Below the pieces are notes generated by a model. That model searched no databases. It was given only the letters and a program-made list of their open reading frames with translations, and was not told where the DNA came from. Both the position numbers and the translations under genes were made by a program. DNA of 63,186 bases from an uncultured Enterobacterales bacterium (GTDB lineage Bacteria; Myxococcota_A; UBA796; CAJQPC01), in assembly GCA_964567625.1 (NCBI GenBank), contig CAZMNK010000004.1:1-63186 (forward strand), given 5' to 3'. Shown one piece after another: positions 35,254 through 43,522 of this stretch (positions are counted from its first letter, which is position 1; each line of letters starts with the position of its first letter).

Positions 35254-36759
35254 TCAGTCCTTGCAGGCGCCGTACACGATGACCCGTTCATAGGGTTCAT
35301 CGCCAAACGACCAGGGCGCATAGGTCTCCACCGGCGGATCCCCGGCCACCAGGAAGGCGTGCAGGTTGGCGCCACCCTGGGCCGTGTGGACCCGGGGTCC
35401 CCACCCGTGGTCCTCGATCTCGAAGGACAGGACCTCTCGCAGGCAGGTGTCGGGTGCGGGGGACTGGGGCCAGGGTGTGGAGGCCACGGCAAAAGGAGGA
35501 GAGACGGGGCCGTTGTCCTCGATGGGTTGCCAGCCCTCGGCCTCCAGGTAGTGTTGCCAGCCCCAATGGCCGGCAAAGGTACCGGGTGGTCCCAGGGAGG
35601 CCACGCGCATGGCCGCGTCTCGTTGGGCCCTGGCGAATCCCAGGTCATCGACGCTGAGGGCCAGGGCCAGTGCGGCCGCCACGGCCACATGAGCCATCAA
35701 CTGTCGGGAAGAGGGCTTCAGGCGAAGAGCAGCGATGGCCAGGGCCGGCAGGAAGGGCAGCCAGTAGCGGGTTGCCGAGAACCGCAGGACGAGCAGGAAG
35801 GCCAGGCCGCCCAGGGCCCAGAGAGCCAGCAGGACGTCATCTCGTCGGGCTCGTCTCAGGGTACTGAAGGCCAGGCCACCGGCGGCGCAGGATGCCAGAG
35901 TCATGGCCAGGGGCAGTCCGGTCTGGCCGCTCATTCCCGCGGCTCCAGCGCCCAGGATCAGGCCGACGAGGATTCCAGGGACCGCACGGTTGTTCCAGCT
36001 GACCAGTGGCAGGAGTCCAGCCCCTCCGAGCATCGCCAGGGAGGCAACGGTCTTGCGTACCAGGTCCTGACCGCTACCAGAAACCGCCTGGAAGCCGACC
36101 ATCGCGGTGGCGTGGATCTGGCCATAGGCCGCCAGGTCGTGGCCCAGGAGAAGGACAGGTGGCAGGAGCACCATCGCCGCGTCCCGCAGCCGTCCCCGTT
36201 GCCAGCCAGCAAAGAGCAGCAGAGGCACCAGGCAGACACCGGAGTAGCGAAACCAGAAGGCGAAGCCCGCCAGGAGTGCCCAGGCCCAACTTCGGCGGGA
36301 AGAGCCCAGAAATCCGCCCACCCCGGCCACGGTGCAGGCGAAGAGAGGCAGGTCCGGGGTCAGGGACTGGGCGCCGAGCAGGACCACTGGCGCGGTGCCC
36401 AGCACCAGGAGGGCGGCGCGGCCACCACCCGCAGACGCCGGCACCAGGACCTGGCCCAGCCGCCAGCAACCCCAGAGAGCCAGGGCCAGCCAGGGCCACA
36501 TCCAGAGGTGCAGGACCACCTCGCTGGCGTCGTGGACCGGGGCCAGCCACCAGGCGAGGCCCGGCGGGTTGGACAGCACATCGAAGGCCCGTTCGGTGGT
36601 TCCCTGCCAGTTGATGAGCACATCGTGAGGTCGCCAGGGATCCTGGGCGGCCCCCTGGGCCAGCCGCAGGAAATTCGCGTCGTCCACATGGACGGGCTTG
36701 GTCACAAAGGGCAGGAGCATTCCCACCACGAGCACACACACGGGCCAAGCACGCTTCAT
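35254..36759 (-). CDS. GT-C fold membrane glycosyltransferase (family 39 / ArnT-PMT-like), paralogue of 18404-19963
   Basis: Multi-helix membrane protein. The first-loop motif VHVDDANFLRLAQGAAQDPWRPHD is alignable with LVLDEESYLAITGQIADHPFRPYD of the paralogue. There is a C-terminal soluble domain. Confidence 0.65.
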   Translation of the reverse strand: MKRAWPVCVLVVGMLLPFVTKPVHVDDANFLRLAQGAAQDPWRPHDVLINWQGTTERAFDVLSNPPGLAWWLAPVHDASEVVLHLWMWPWLALALWGCWRLGQVLVPASAGGGRAALLVLGTAPVVLLGAQSLTPDLPLFACTVAGVGGFLGSSRRSWAWALLAGFAFWFRYSGVCLVPLLLFAGWQRGRLRDAAMVLLPPVLLLGHDLAAYGQIHATAMVGFQAVSGSGQDLVRKTVASLAMLGGAGLLPLVSWNNRAVPGILVGLILGAGAAGMSGQTGLPLAMTLASCAAGGLAFSTLRRARRDDVLLALWALGGLAFLLVLRFSATRYWLPFLPALAIAALRLKPSSRQLMAHVAVAAALALALSVDDLGFARAQRDAAMRVASLGPPGTFAGHWGWQHYLEAEGWQPIEDNGPVSPPFAVASTPWPQSPAPDTCLREVLSFEIEDHGWGPRVHTAQGGANLHAFLVAGDPPVETYAPWSFGDEPYERVIVYGACKD

Positions 36760-36790
36760 CGGCGCAGCCTAAGGGATAGAAGCCCTCACC

Positions 36791-38644
36791 GTGAACACCC
36801 TGTGGGACATCGTGGTTGTTGGTGCCGGTCACGCCGGGTGTGAGGCCGCTGCTGCAGCCGCGCGCCTGGGTTGTCGGGTGGCGATGATCACTCTGCGCCT
36901 GGACCATGTGGGCCGGTTGTCCTGCAACCCGGCGGTGGGAGGTCTGGCCAAGGGCCAATTGGTTCGAGAACTGGATGCACTGGGCGGTGTGATGGCGCGG
37001 GTGACCGATGCCACGACCCTTCAATTCCGTCAACTGAACACCCGAAAGGGCCTGGCCGTGCGGTCCAGTCGGGCCCAGGTGGACGTGTTGCGCTACCCGG
37101 CCGAGATGCGGCGGCAACTCGAGGCTGTCGACGGCCTGGCGCTCTTCGAAGGAGAGGTGGCCGGTCTGCTGCGCACGGGATCTCGCGTCCACGGGGTGCG
37201 TCTCCAGGACGGGCGTCTATTTGAGGCCGGGGCCGTCATCCTGACCACCGGAACCTTCCTGGGCGGGCTGCTGCACCAGGGCCTGCAGCGCCAGACCGGA
37301 GGCCGGATCGGGGACGGTGCTTCCCAGGTCCTGGCCGATGAGTTGCGGGACTTGGGGTTGCGACTGGGCCGTCTCAAGACCGGCACGACCCCCAGGGTGG
37401 CTGCGGACAGCATCCGGTGGGGGGCCTTGCGGGAACAGCCTGGAGTTCAGGGCCGTTTCTCCTTTCGCCCCTCGGCCCAGAAACTCCCCCAGATCTCCTG
37501 CCACGTGGGCTACACGAATTCGACCACACATGACCTGATTCGAGCCGATCTGCACCGGGCACCGATGTTCACGGGCCAGATCTCCGGAACCGGACCCCGC
37601 TACTGTCCTTCCATCGAGGACAAGGTCGTTCGCTTTCCTCAGCGGGAGCGTCACCTCCTGTTCCTGGAACCCGAGAGCCTGGACACGGATCGGGTCTATG
37701 TGAACGGCCTGTCGACGTCGCTCTCGGCCGAGACCCAGGAGCGGGTCCTTCACTCCATCGTCGGACTGGAACAGGCGCGGATTCTCCAGCATGGCTACGC
37801 CGTCGAATACGACTTTGCTGACCCCAGGGATCTCGACCGTGGTTTGCAGCACCGTGCCCTGCCGGGGCTGTACCTGGCGGGGCAGGTCAATGGAACCTCG
37901 GGCTACGAGGAAGCGGCGGTCCAGGGGTTTGTGGCAGGGGTCAGCGCCGCGCGTGGCGAGCCCTTCGAGCTCGGGCGTGACGAGGCCTACATTGGCGTGC
38001 TCATCGACGACCTGGTGACGCGCGGGGTTGGAGGAGAGCCCTACCGCATGTTCACCAGTCGGGCCGAGCATCGTCTCCTGCTCCGGGAGGACAACGCGGA
38101 TCTTCGCCTGATGCCCCGAGGGCGCCAGTTGGGGCTGGTCGAGGACTCGGACTGGCGGGCCTTCGAGGTGCGGAAGCAGGAGGCTGCCACCGGTCAGAAG
38201 GCCCTGGCTGGGGCGGTTCACCCGGCAGCCGAGGTGTTGGCCACCCTGTCGGCCCATGACCTGGGAGGGCTCCAGAAGCCCGCCACCTTCGAGACCCTGT
38301 TGCGGCGACCTGAGGTGCGCTATTCGGACCTGGTCCTGGCCTTTGGCTTGCCGGAGGTCCAGCCGGAGGTGGCGACCTGGCTGGAGACCGATGCCAAGTA
38401 CGCCGGGTACCTCCGCCGAGCCCGGTCCAAGGCCCGTCAGACCCGTCGCATGGCCGGTCTTGCCCTGGCCGGGGTGGACTTCGCGCTCATTCCGGGACTG
38501 TCCACCGAGGTCAAGCAGCGCCTGGCGGAAGCGCAGCCCACGGACCTGGGGGCGGCAGGCCGTCTGCCGGGGGTGACACCGGCTGCGGTCACAGCACTCT
38601 CGGTGTGGGTGGCCCGGCAGCGCGGGCGGGGTCATCCCGCGTGA
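36791..38644 (+). CDS. mnmG: tRNA uridine-5-carboxymethylaminomethyl modification enzyme MnmG (GidA)
   Basis: DIVVVGAGHAGCEAAAAAARLG, SCNPAVGGLAKG, GPRYCPSIEDK, GLYLAGQVNGTSGYEEAA, and a full-length C-terminal helical domain. GTG start. Confidence 0.95.
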   Translation: MNTLWDIVVVGAGHAGCEAAAAAARLGCRVAMITLRLDHVGRLSCNPAVGGLAKGQLVRELDALGGVMARVTDATTLQFRQLNTRKGLAVRSSRAQVDVLRYPAEMRRQLEAVDGLALFEGEVAGLLRTGSRVHGVRLQDGRLFEAGAVILTTGTFLGGLLHQGLQRQTGGRIGDGASQVLADELRDLGLRLGRLKTGTTPRVAADSIRWGALREQPGVQGRFSFRPSAQKLPQISCHVGYTNSTTHDLIRADLHRAPMFTGQISGTGPRYCPSIEDKVVRFPQRERHLLFLEPESLDTDRVYVNGLSTSLSAETQERVLHSIVGLEQARILQHGYAVEYDFADPRDLDRGLQHRALPGLYLAGQVNGTSGYEEAAVQGFVAGVSAARGEPFELGRDEAYIGVLIDDLVTRGVGGEPYRMFTSRAEHRLLLREDNADLRLMPRGRQLGLVEDSDWRAFEVRKQEAATGQKALAGAVHPAAEVLATLSAHDLGGLQKPATFETLLRRPEVRYSDLVLAFGLPEVQPEVATWLETDAKYAGYLRRARSKARQTRRMAGLALAGVDFALIPGLSTEVKQRLAEAQPTDLGAAGRLPGVTPAAVTALSVWVARQRGRGHPA

Positions 38645-39186
38645 CACCACTGACGCCAGCGGAACAGGCCCACAAGACCCTGTTGTCCCGGTGGCGCAAG
38701 GCGATGGACCTTGTCGGGCCCGGTCCCCTGGAGCCCCACTTCGAGGACGCCGCCCGGGCGGTGGACTGGCTGGATGCCAGGGGAGGCTGGGTCGATCTGG
38801 GGAGTGGCGCCGGGTTTCCGGGAGTCGCCCTCGCATCTCGCCACCCGGAAGCTCGGGTGACCCTGGTCGAGTCCAGGCAGCGAAGGGCGGTCTTTCTGGA
38901 GCAGGTGGTGGCGGAGAGTGGACTCTCCCGACTCGAGGTCTTTCATGGCCGGTCGGAGGCGCTGGAAGCCGGGGTCTGGGACGGCATCATCAGCCGGGCC
39001 TATCGCCCCCCCATGGACTACCTGGTGGAGGCCGGTCGACTCCTGCGGCCAGGTGGCATCGCGGTGTTGCTCGCTGCCCGCGAAACCCCACCAGAGGTGC
39101 CGGGACTGGAGGTGTTCCACGTGGAACACTATGCCCTCGGTGAGCGTCCTCGACAGGCCGTGGGTTATCGCAAGAGCCCTGTCTGA
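38641..39186 (+). CDS. rsmG: 16S rRNA (guanine527-N7)-methyltransferase RsmG (GidB)
   Basis: The GTG at 38641 overlaps the mnmG stop (GTGA). SAM motif VDLGSGAGFPGVALA, plus VTLVESRQRRAVFL. Position directly after mnmG. Confidence 0.85.
   Translation: MTPLTPAEQAHKTLLSRWRKAMDLVGPGPLEPHFEDAARAVDWLDARGGWVDLGSGAGFPGVALASRHPEARVTLVESRQRRAVFLEQVVAESGLSRLEVFHGRSEALEAGVWDGIISRAYRPPMDYLVEAGRLLRPGGIAVLLAARETPPEVPGLEVFHVEHYALGERPRQAVGYRKSPV
39113..39128. promoter_or_regulatory. parS centromere-like site 2 (TGTTCCACGTGGAACA), inside rsmG coding sequence
   Basis: A perfect 18-bp palindrome GTGTTCCACGTGGAAC AC spans 39112-39129. It is translated in rsmG as VFHVEH. Confidence 0.85.
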
Positions 39187-39201
39187 AGTCCGGGAGGACC
39201 T

Positions 39202-40017
39202 GTGTTCCTGGTTTCCCTTGTCGCCCTGAACGGCTGTGGTGGTCCCACCGTGGCAGCCATCGAACTGCCTGAAGAGGTGGTGTCCCATCGTCTTGGACGA
39301 GTGGACCTGCAAGGACGGGTTCTCGATGCCGCAGGCGAGGAGCTTCCCCGGGTTCCCCTGGTGGCAGTTGCCGTGGCTGACGAGTCTGTGGCCCGGCTTG
39401 GAAAGGATGGGAGCGTGGCCTGTGAGCGCCTGGGGCGGACCCAGCTGGAGGTCCAGGCCGGGGAACTGACGCAGAGTGTGCCTCTGAATTGCCTGTTGAT
39501 CTCCGCCATCAAGCCAGCCCAGTCCAGCTTCTCCCTGAGGGCAGGCTCGGAAGAGGGTCAGCCGCTTCAATGGATCGTGCTGGACCTGGCGGGCCAGTCG
39601 GTGGAAGGGGTTCCCGTGAAGCAGGAGGTGGACGACCCGTCCGTGGCTCGGCTTCGAAAGGAAATGCTCTATGGAATTCTCCCGGGTCGCACGGTGCTGC
39701 GGGGATCGGCTGGTGAACTCACGGCAGAGGTGGCGATCCGGGTCGGGAGGTTGGACCTCAAGGAAGAGGGGCTGGTTGTGCCCAAGGCCGGCACGGACCT
39801 GGAACTCAAGGCGGGGGAGTGGACCCTGACCATCAGCGCCCAGGACGAGGTGACGGTGGAGGTCTCTGGCGGCCGATGCTCCGAGACCGATGCCCAGCTG
39901 GTGCACCATCTTGTCTGCAGGCCCGCCACCGCCGTGAAGCTCCACATCGAACCCACGGGGCTCTTGCGGAAGTCGACCACAGCACATGTGCGCGGGGTCT
40001 TCTTTCCAGGGAATTGA
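39202..40017 (+). CDS. hypothetical lipoprotein (Ig-like/Big_2-like repeats suspected)
   Basis: GTG start, lipobox VALNGC. Beta-rich repeats: RLGRVDLQGRVLDAAGEEL...VADESVARLGKDG and VDDPSVARLRKEMLYGILPGRTVL. Confidence 0.6.
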   Translation: MFLVSLVALNGCGGPTVAAIELPEEVVSHRLGRVDLQGRVLDAAGEELPRVPLVAVAVADESVARLGKDGSVACERLGRTQLEVQAGELTQSVPLNCLLISAIKPAQSSFSLRAGSEEGQPLQWIVLDLAGQSVEGVPVKQEVDDPSVARLRKEMLYGILPGRTVLRGSAGELTAEVAIRVGRLDLKEEGLVVPKAGTDLELKAGEWTLTISAQDEVTVEVSGGRCSETDAQLVHHLVCRPATAVKLHIEPTGLLRKSTTAHVRGVFFPGN

Positions 40018-40054
40018 TCCGGGCGCCCTCGTGCGCGCGAGGGAACTCGGAAGA

Positions 40055-40070
40055 GGTTCCACGTGGAACA
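40055..40070. promoter_or_regulatory. parS centromere-like site 3 (GGTTCCACGTGGAACA)
   Basis: A perfect 14-bp palindrome GTTCCACGTGGAAC spans 40056-40069, about 130 nt upstream of the parA start codon. Confidence 0.8.
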
Positions 40071-40106
40071 ATTCCCAGGAATCTCATGTGCGACATGGGA
40101 CAACTC

Positions 40107-40135
40107 TTGCATTGTCAAGACTGATTCGGTAGGCT
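40107..40135 (+). promoter_or_regulatory. candidate sigma70-like promoter for parAB (TTGCAT-17 nt-TAGGCT)
   Basis: TTGCAT at 40107-40112 and TAGGCT at 40130-40135 with a 17-nt spacer, about 60 nt upstream of parA ATG and just downstream of parS site 3. The match to consensus is weak (4/6 and 3/6). Confidence 0.25.
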
Positions 40136-40197
40136 GGTTTTCCCCCCGCGGCGCCACTCAGGGGCCGCGCCCCATCCCCTCCAGACCGCCGAAGGCC

Positions 40198-40989
40198 ATG
40201 CCGCGCATTCTTGCGATCTCCAACCAGAAGGGAGGCGTGGGCAAGACCACGACCTCCATCAATCTTGCCGCGTCGCTCGCCCACCTGGGCCAGCCCACGT
40301 TGCTGGTAGACCTGGACCCTCAAGGAAATGCCAGTTCCGGACTTGGTTTTCCAAAGGAGGATGTCAGTCAGGGAACCCTGGACATGTTGTTGGACCACGC
40401 TTCACTGCGTTCCGTCCTGCTGCCCACGGCCCTGGATGACCTGCACCTGGTGCCCGCGACCCGGCAACTCATCGGGGCCGAAGTCGAGCTCATGCAGTGC
40501 TTTGGTCGCGAGATGCGGCTGCACAAGGCGCTCGCCGACATTCCAGAGAGCTATGAGTGGGTCATCCTGGACTGCCCACCTTCGCTGGGTTTCCTGACGG
40601 TCAACGCGGTCGCCGCTGCGGACAGTGTGCTGATTCCTGTCCAGGCGGAGTACTACGCCATGGAGGGATTGGGCGAGTTGCTGCGCACGATGAGTGAGGT
40701 CCGCAAGGCGCTGAACCCCCGGCTGGCTCGAGAAGGGGTCGTGGTCACGTTGGCAGACCACCGCACGAACCTGTGTCGCGAGGTTATCGACGAACTGCGC
40801 ACCGTGTTTGGGGAAGAAGTCTTCACCACCATGATCCCGCGCAATGTCAAACTGGGCGAGGCGCCTTCCTACGGCAAGCCCGCCCTGTCCTACGCTCCCT
40901 CCAGCGTTGGCGCCCAGGCCTACCTGGCCCTGGCCCGGGAGCTTCTCACCCGAAATGCCTCCTCCTCCTCCCAGCGACGGACAGCCTGA
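40198..40989 (+). CDS. parA: chromosome partitioning ATPase ParA (Soj)
   Basis: Start at MPRILAISNQKGGVGKTTT (deviant Walker A). The track start 40063 lies inside parS and is an artefact. Other blocks: LLVDLDPQGN, VILDCPPSLG. Confidence 0.95.
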   Translation: MPRILAISNQKGGVGKTTTSINLAASLAHLGQPTLLVDLDPQGNASSGLGFPKEDVSQGTLDMLLDHASLRSVLLPTALDDLHLVPATRQLIGAEVELMQCFGREMRLHKALADIPESYEWVILDCPPSLGFLTVNAVAAADSVLIPVQAEYYAMEGLGELLRTMSEVRKALNPRLAREGVVVTLADHRTNLCREVIDELRTVFGEEVFTTMIPRNVKLGEAPSYGKPALSYAPSSVGAQAYLALARELLTRNASSSSQRRTA

Positions 40990-41882
40990 TGAACTCCCCC
41001 GCAAACCCCCGCCGCCGCCACCTGGGCCGCGGTCTCTCGGCATTGATTCCCGACCAGATCCTGGATGATGCCGGCAATGCTGTCAGTGGGGTGCTCCGCA
41101 CCGTTGGCCTGGATGCGATCCAGCCGAATCCCGAGCAACCCCGTCGTCACTTCAAGAAGTCGGCCCTGGAAGAACTCGCGTCCTCCATCCGAGAGCACGG
41201 TGTGTTGACCCCGCTGGTCGTTCGACCGGTGGGGACCTCCCAGTTCGTGCTCATTGCAGGTGAGCGCCGCTGGCGTGCCGCCGGTCTCGCTGGCCTTCAT
41301 GAGATCCCGGTCGTGGTGCGCCACGATGCAGAGGATGAGGCGGTTCAACTGGCCCTGGCCCTGGTCGAGAACCTGCAGCGGGAGGACCTGGATCCGATCG
41401 AGTCTGCCCAGGGCTATCGACGGCTGGTCGAGGACCATGGCTACACCCAGGAACAGGTGGCTCGCAAGGTCGGCAAGACCCGCACCACCATCGCCAATGC
41501 CCTGCGCCTCCTTCGTCTTCCAGAAGGGGTACAGGAACTGCTGCGCGAGGGACGGATCAGCACCGGACATGCCAAGGCCTTGCTGGCCGTGGATGACCCC
41601 GAGATCCAGCAGGAGATCCTGAGCCAGGTGTTGGCTCGTGACCTGTCGGTTCGGGCGACGGAACGCCTGGCTCGCACCCAGTCAAGGGTGACGCGGACGG
41701 TCCAGGTCAAGGAACGCCGGGAGCGTGTCCTGGACTATGCCTCCCAGATGTTGACCCGGTCATTGAACACCCAGGTCCTCATCCACCCTCGCAAGCGTGG
41801 GGGCGCGGGAAGGATCACCATCGAGTACTACTCCAACGAGGACCTGGAGCGTCTGATCACGGCGCTGCGCGGCAACGAGTGA
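40989..41882 (+). CDS. parB: chromosome partitioning protein ParB (Spo0J)
   Basis: The ATG shares one nt with the parA stop (TGATG). Blocks: RGLSALIP, IQPNPEQPRR, LIAGERRWRAAGLAGL (CTP-binding box), and HTH QEQVARKVGKTRTTIANALRLL. Confidence 0.95.
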   Translation: MNSPANPRRRHLGRGLSALIPDQILDDAGNAVSGVLRTVGLDAIQPNPEQPRRHFKKSALEELASSIREHGVLTPLVVRPVGTSQFVLIAGERRWRAAGLAGLHEIPVVVRHDAEDEAVQLALALVENLQREDLDPIESAQGYRRLVEDHGYTQEQVARKVGKTRTTIANALRLLRLPEGVQELLREGRISTGHAKALLAVDDPEIQQEILSQVLARDLSVRATERLARTQSRVTRTVQVKERRERVLDYASQMLTRSLNTQVLIHPRKRGGAGRITIEYYSNEDLERLITALRGNE

Positions 41883-42256
41883 GCAGCTCGACCGAGCGCC
41901 CGCTCAACGCCTTTCTGGGACGTGGGGCCACCTACCAGGGTGACCTGAGTTTTGAGGGTCGGGTGCGCGTGGATGGGCACTTTCAGGGCCGGATCTACAG
42001 CGATGAGGTGCTGGAGATCGGGGTCGATGGTCGGGTCGAAGGGGAGATCGATGCCGAAGAGGTCATCCTGGCGGGAAGGGTGGATGGACGCATGAGGGTT
42101 CGAGGCGTCCTGCGTGTGGTCAGCTCCGGGCGAATCAACGGCCAGGTGGAAGCAGCAGCGATGGTCACGGAACCCGGGGCGATTCTCTGTGCCGAAGTGC
42201 GCGTTGGGGACGTCCTGATGCTGGGCGGTGAGCAAGGAGAGCCGGCCGCGAGGTAG
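41879..42256 (+). CDS. bactofilin-family cytoskeletal protein
   Basis: 125 aa. The GTG start overlaps the parB stop (GTGA). Beta-helix repeats: TYQGDLSFEGRVRVDGHFQGRIYSDEVLEIGVDGRVEGEIDAEEVILAGRVDGRMRV...GRINGQVE. Confidence 0.85.
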   Translation: MSSSTERPLNAFLGRGATYQGDLSFEGRVRVDGHFQGRIYSDEVLEIGVDGRVEGEIDAEEVILAGRVDGRMRVRGVLRVVSSGRINGQVEAAAMVTEPGAILCAEVRVGDVLMLGGEQGEPAAR

Positions 42257-42279
42257 TCTCTCCAACCCCGGGAGCGACG

Positions 42280-42897
42280 ATGGCCAGAGGCCGCTTTTAC
42301 TGGATGCTGGTCAGCCTCTTGAGCTGTGTCCTCGGTTGTGGCGCGTCGCCAGAGGCGCCAGCGGAAGAAGCAGAAGAGGCGGTGGCCGAATCGACGGAGG
42401 CCGAGGTCCCGGAGCCTGCTCCTCTGCCCAAGCCACTGATGCGCCAGGCCATGCACTGCTGCAAGAACCTCACGATGGAGCCGGTGTTGCGGGTCTACCT
42501 TGCCCTGGGGGAGGCGCTGGCGGACAAGGATGTGTCGGCGGTCAAGAGCCGTCAGCTGGAGTTGGCCCAGTCCCTGGACAAGGTCAAGCTCAACGAAGAA
42601 CAACTTTCCTACCTTCGCTCGTCAGTCGCGGAGATTGACTCGGCCGACATGGCATCGTCCCGCAAGTCCTATGGCCTGATCTCGGAGGCTCTGATGGGGA
42701 CGCTGGAGCCTTCCCAGGCAGGCACCCTGGACCTGGCCATTGCCTATTCGCGTCGTGCAGATGCCCACTGGTTTCAGGAGGGTGTCGAGACCAAGAGTCC
42801 CTATGGGGATGGCATCAACAGCTACAGTTGGGGCACTCGGGATGAGGTGAAGGCTGCCGACGAGGTCCGGGAGAAGGAGCGTGGCAGCCGTCCCTGA
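42280..42897 (+). CDS. hypothetical helical lipoprotein (possibly DUF3347-like)
   Basis: Lipobox VLGC, acidic A/E/P linker, then a helical domain MHCCKNLTMEPVLRVYLALGEALADKD. Confidence 0.55.
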   Translation: MARGRFYWMLVSLLSCVLGCGASPEAPAEEAEEAVAESTEAEVPEPAPLPKPLMRQAMHCCKNLTMEPVLRVYLALGEALADKDVSAVKSRQLELAQSLDKVKLNEEQLSYLRSSVAEIDSADMASSRKSYGLISEALMGTLEPSQAGTLDLAIAYSRRADAHWFQEGVETKSPYGDGINSYSWGTRDEVKAADEVREKERGSRP

Positions 42898-43513
42898 CCG
42901 GCCGCTGGTGGTCGGTGTTGCCGGGGGAACGGCTTCGGGCAAGACGACCCTGGTCCGTCGTGCGGCAGAGGTCCTGGGGTCTGAGGGGCTGTGGATTCCT
43001 CATGATCGGTACTACCTGGATGTGCCCGACCCCAGTCAGCACAACTATGACCACCCGGATGCCCTGGACACGACGCGACTGGTTGCGGACCTGGCGTCCC
43101 TGAAGGCGGGTCGGCCCACGGAGTTGCCGGACTATGACTTCCGGACCCATACCCGGCGCCCACAAGGAGAACTTGTGCAGCCCTGTGCGGTGCTTCTGGT
43201 CGAAGGCATTCTGGTGTTGGCGACCCCGGAACTGAGGCGCTGCCTTGACCTTCGGGTGTGGGTACAGGCCGATGACGACCTGCGGTTGGCCCGTCGACTG
43301 GCCCGGGACATCCGTGCACGGGGCCGCACGCCGGAAGATGTGCTGCGCCAGTACCTGGAAACCGTTCGGCCGATGCATCGGCAGCACGTGGCGCCATCAC
43401 AGGCCCATGCGGACCTCGTGCTGGACGGCGAAGGCGAGCAGGAGCATGAACTGGCCCGGCTGCTCGGGGCGATCCAGCAGTGCCGGTCTCTCGGTCTCGA
43501 CCCTCATCCGTGA
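42881..43513 (+). CDS. udk: uridine kinase
   Basis: P-loop VVGVAGGTASGKTT, HDRYY, NYDHPDALD, VLLVEGILVL, RLARDIRARGR. The GTG start overlaps the upstream gene by 17 nt. Confidence 0.9.
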   Translation: MAAVPDRPLVVGVAGGTASGKTTLVRRAAEVLGSEGLWIPHDRYYLDVPDPSQHNYDHPDALDTTRLVADLASLKAGRPTELPDYDFRTHTRRPQGELVQPCAVLLVEGILVLATPELRRCLDLRVWVQADDDLRLARRLARDIRARGRTPEDVLRQYLETVRPMHRQHVAPSQAHADLVLDGEGEQEHELARLLGAIQQCRSLGLDPHP

Positions 43514-43522
43514 GCAGTGGGG

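Noticed and set aside
35230-36843. 537-aa plus-strand ORF
   Set aside because: It is antisense to the GT-C paralogue (35254-36759) and has G/Q/R/P-rich composition.
40026-40043. Short hairpin CCCTCG-tgcgcg-CGAGGG after the lipoprotein gene as an intrinsic terminator
   Set aside because: The stem is only 6 bp and no U-tract follows, so support is too weak. It may still contribute to termination before parS site 3.
37217-40071. Long minus-strand ORFs 37217-38836 (539 aa) and 38632-40071 (479 aa)
   Set aside because: They are antisense to the unambiguous mnmG, rsmG and lipoprotein genes, with R/G/P-rich low-complexity translations.
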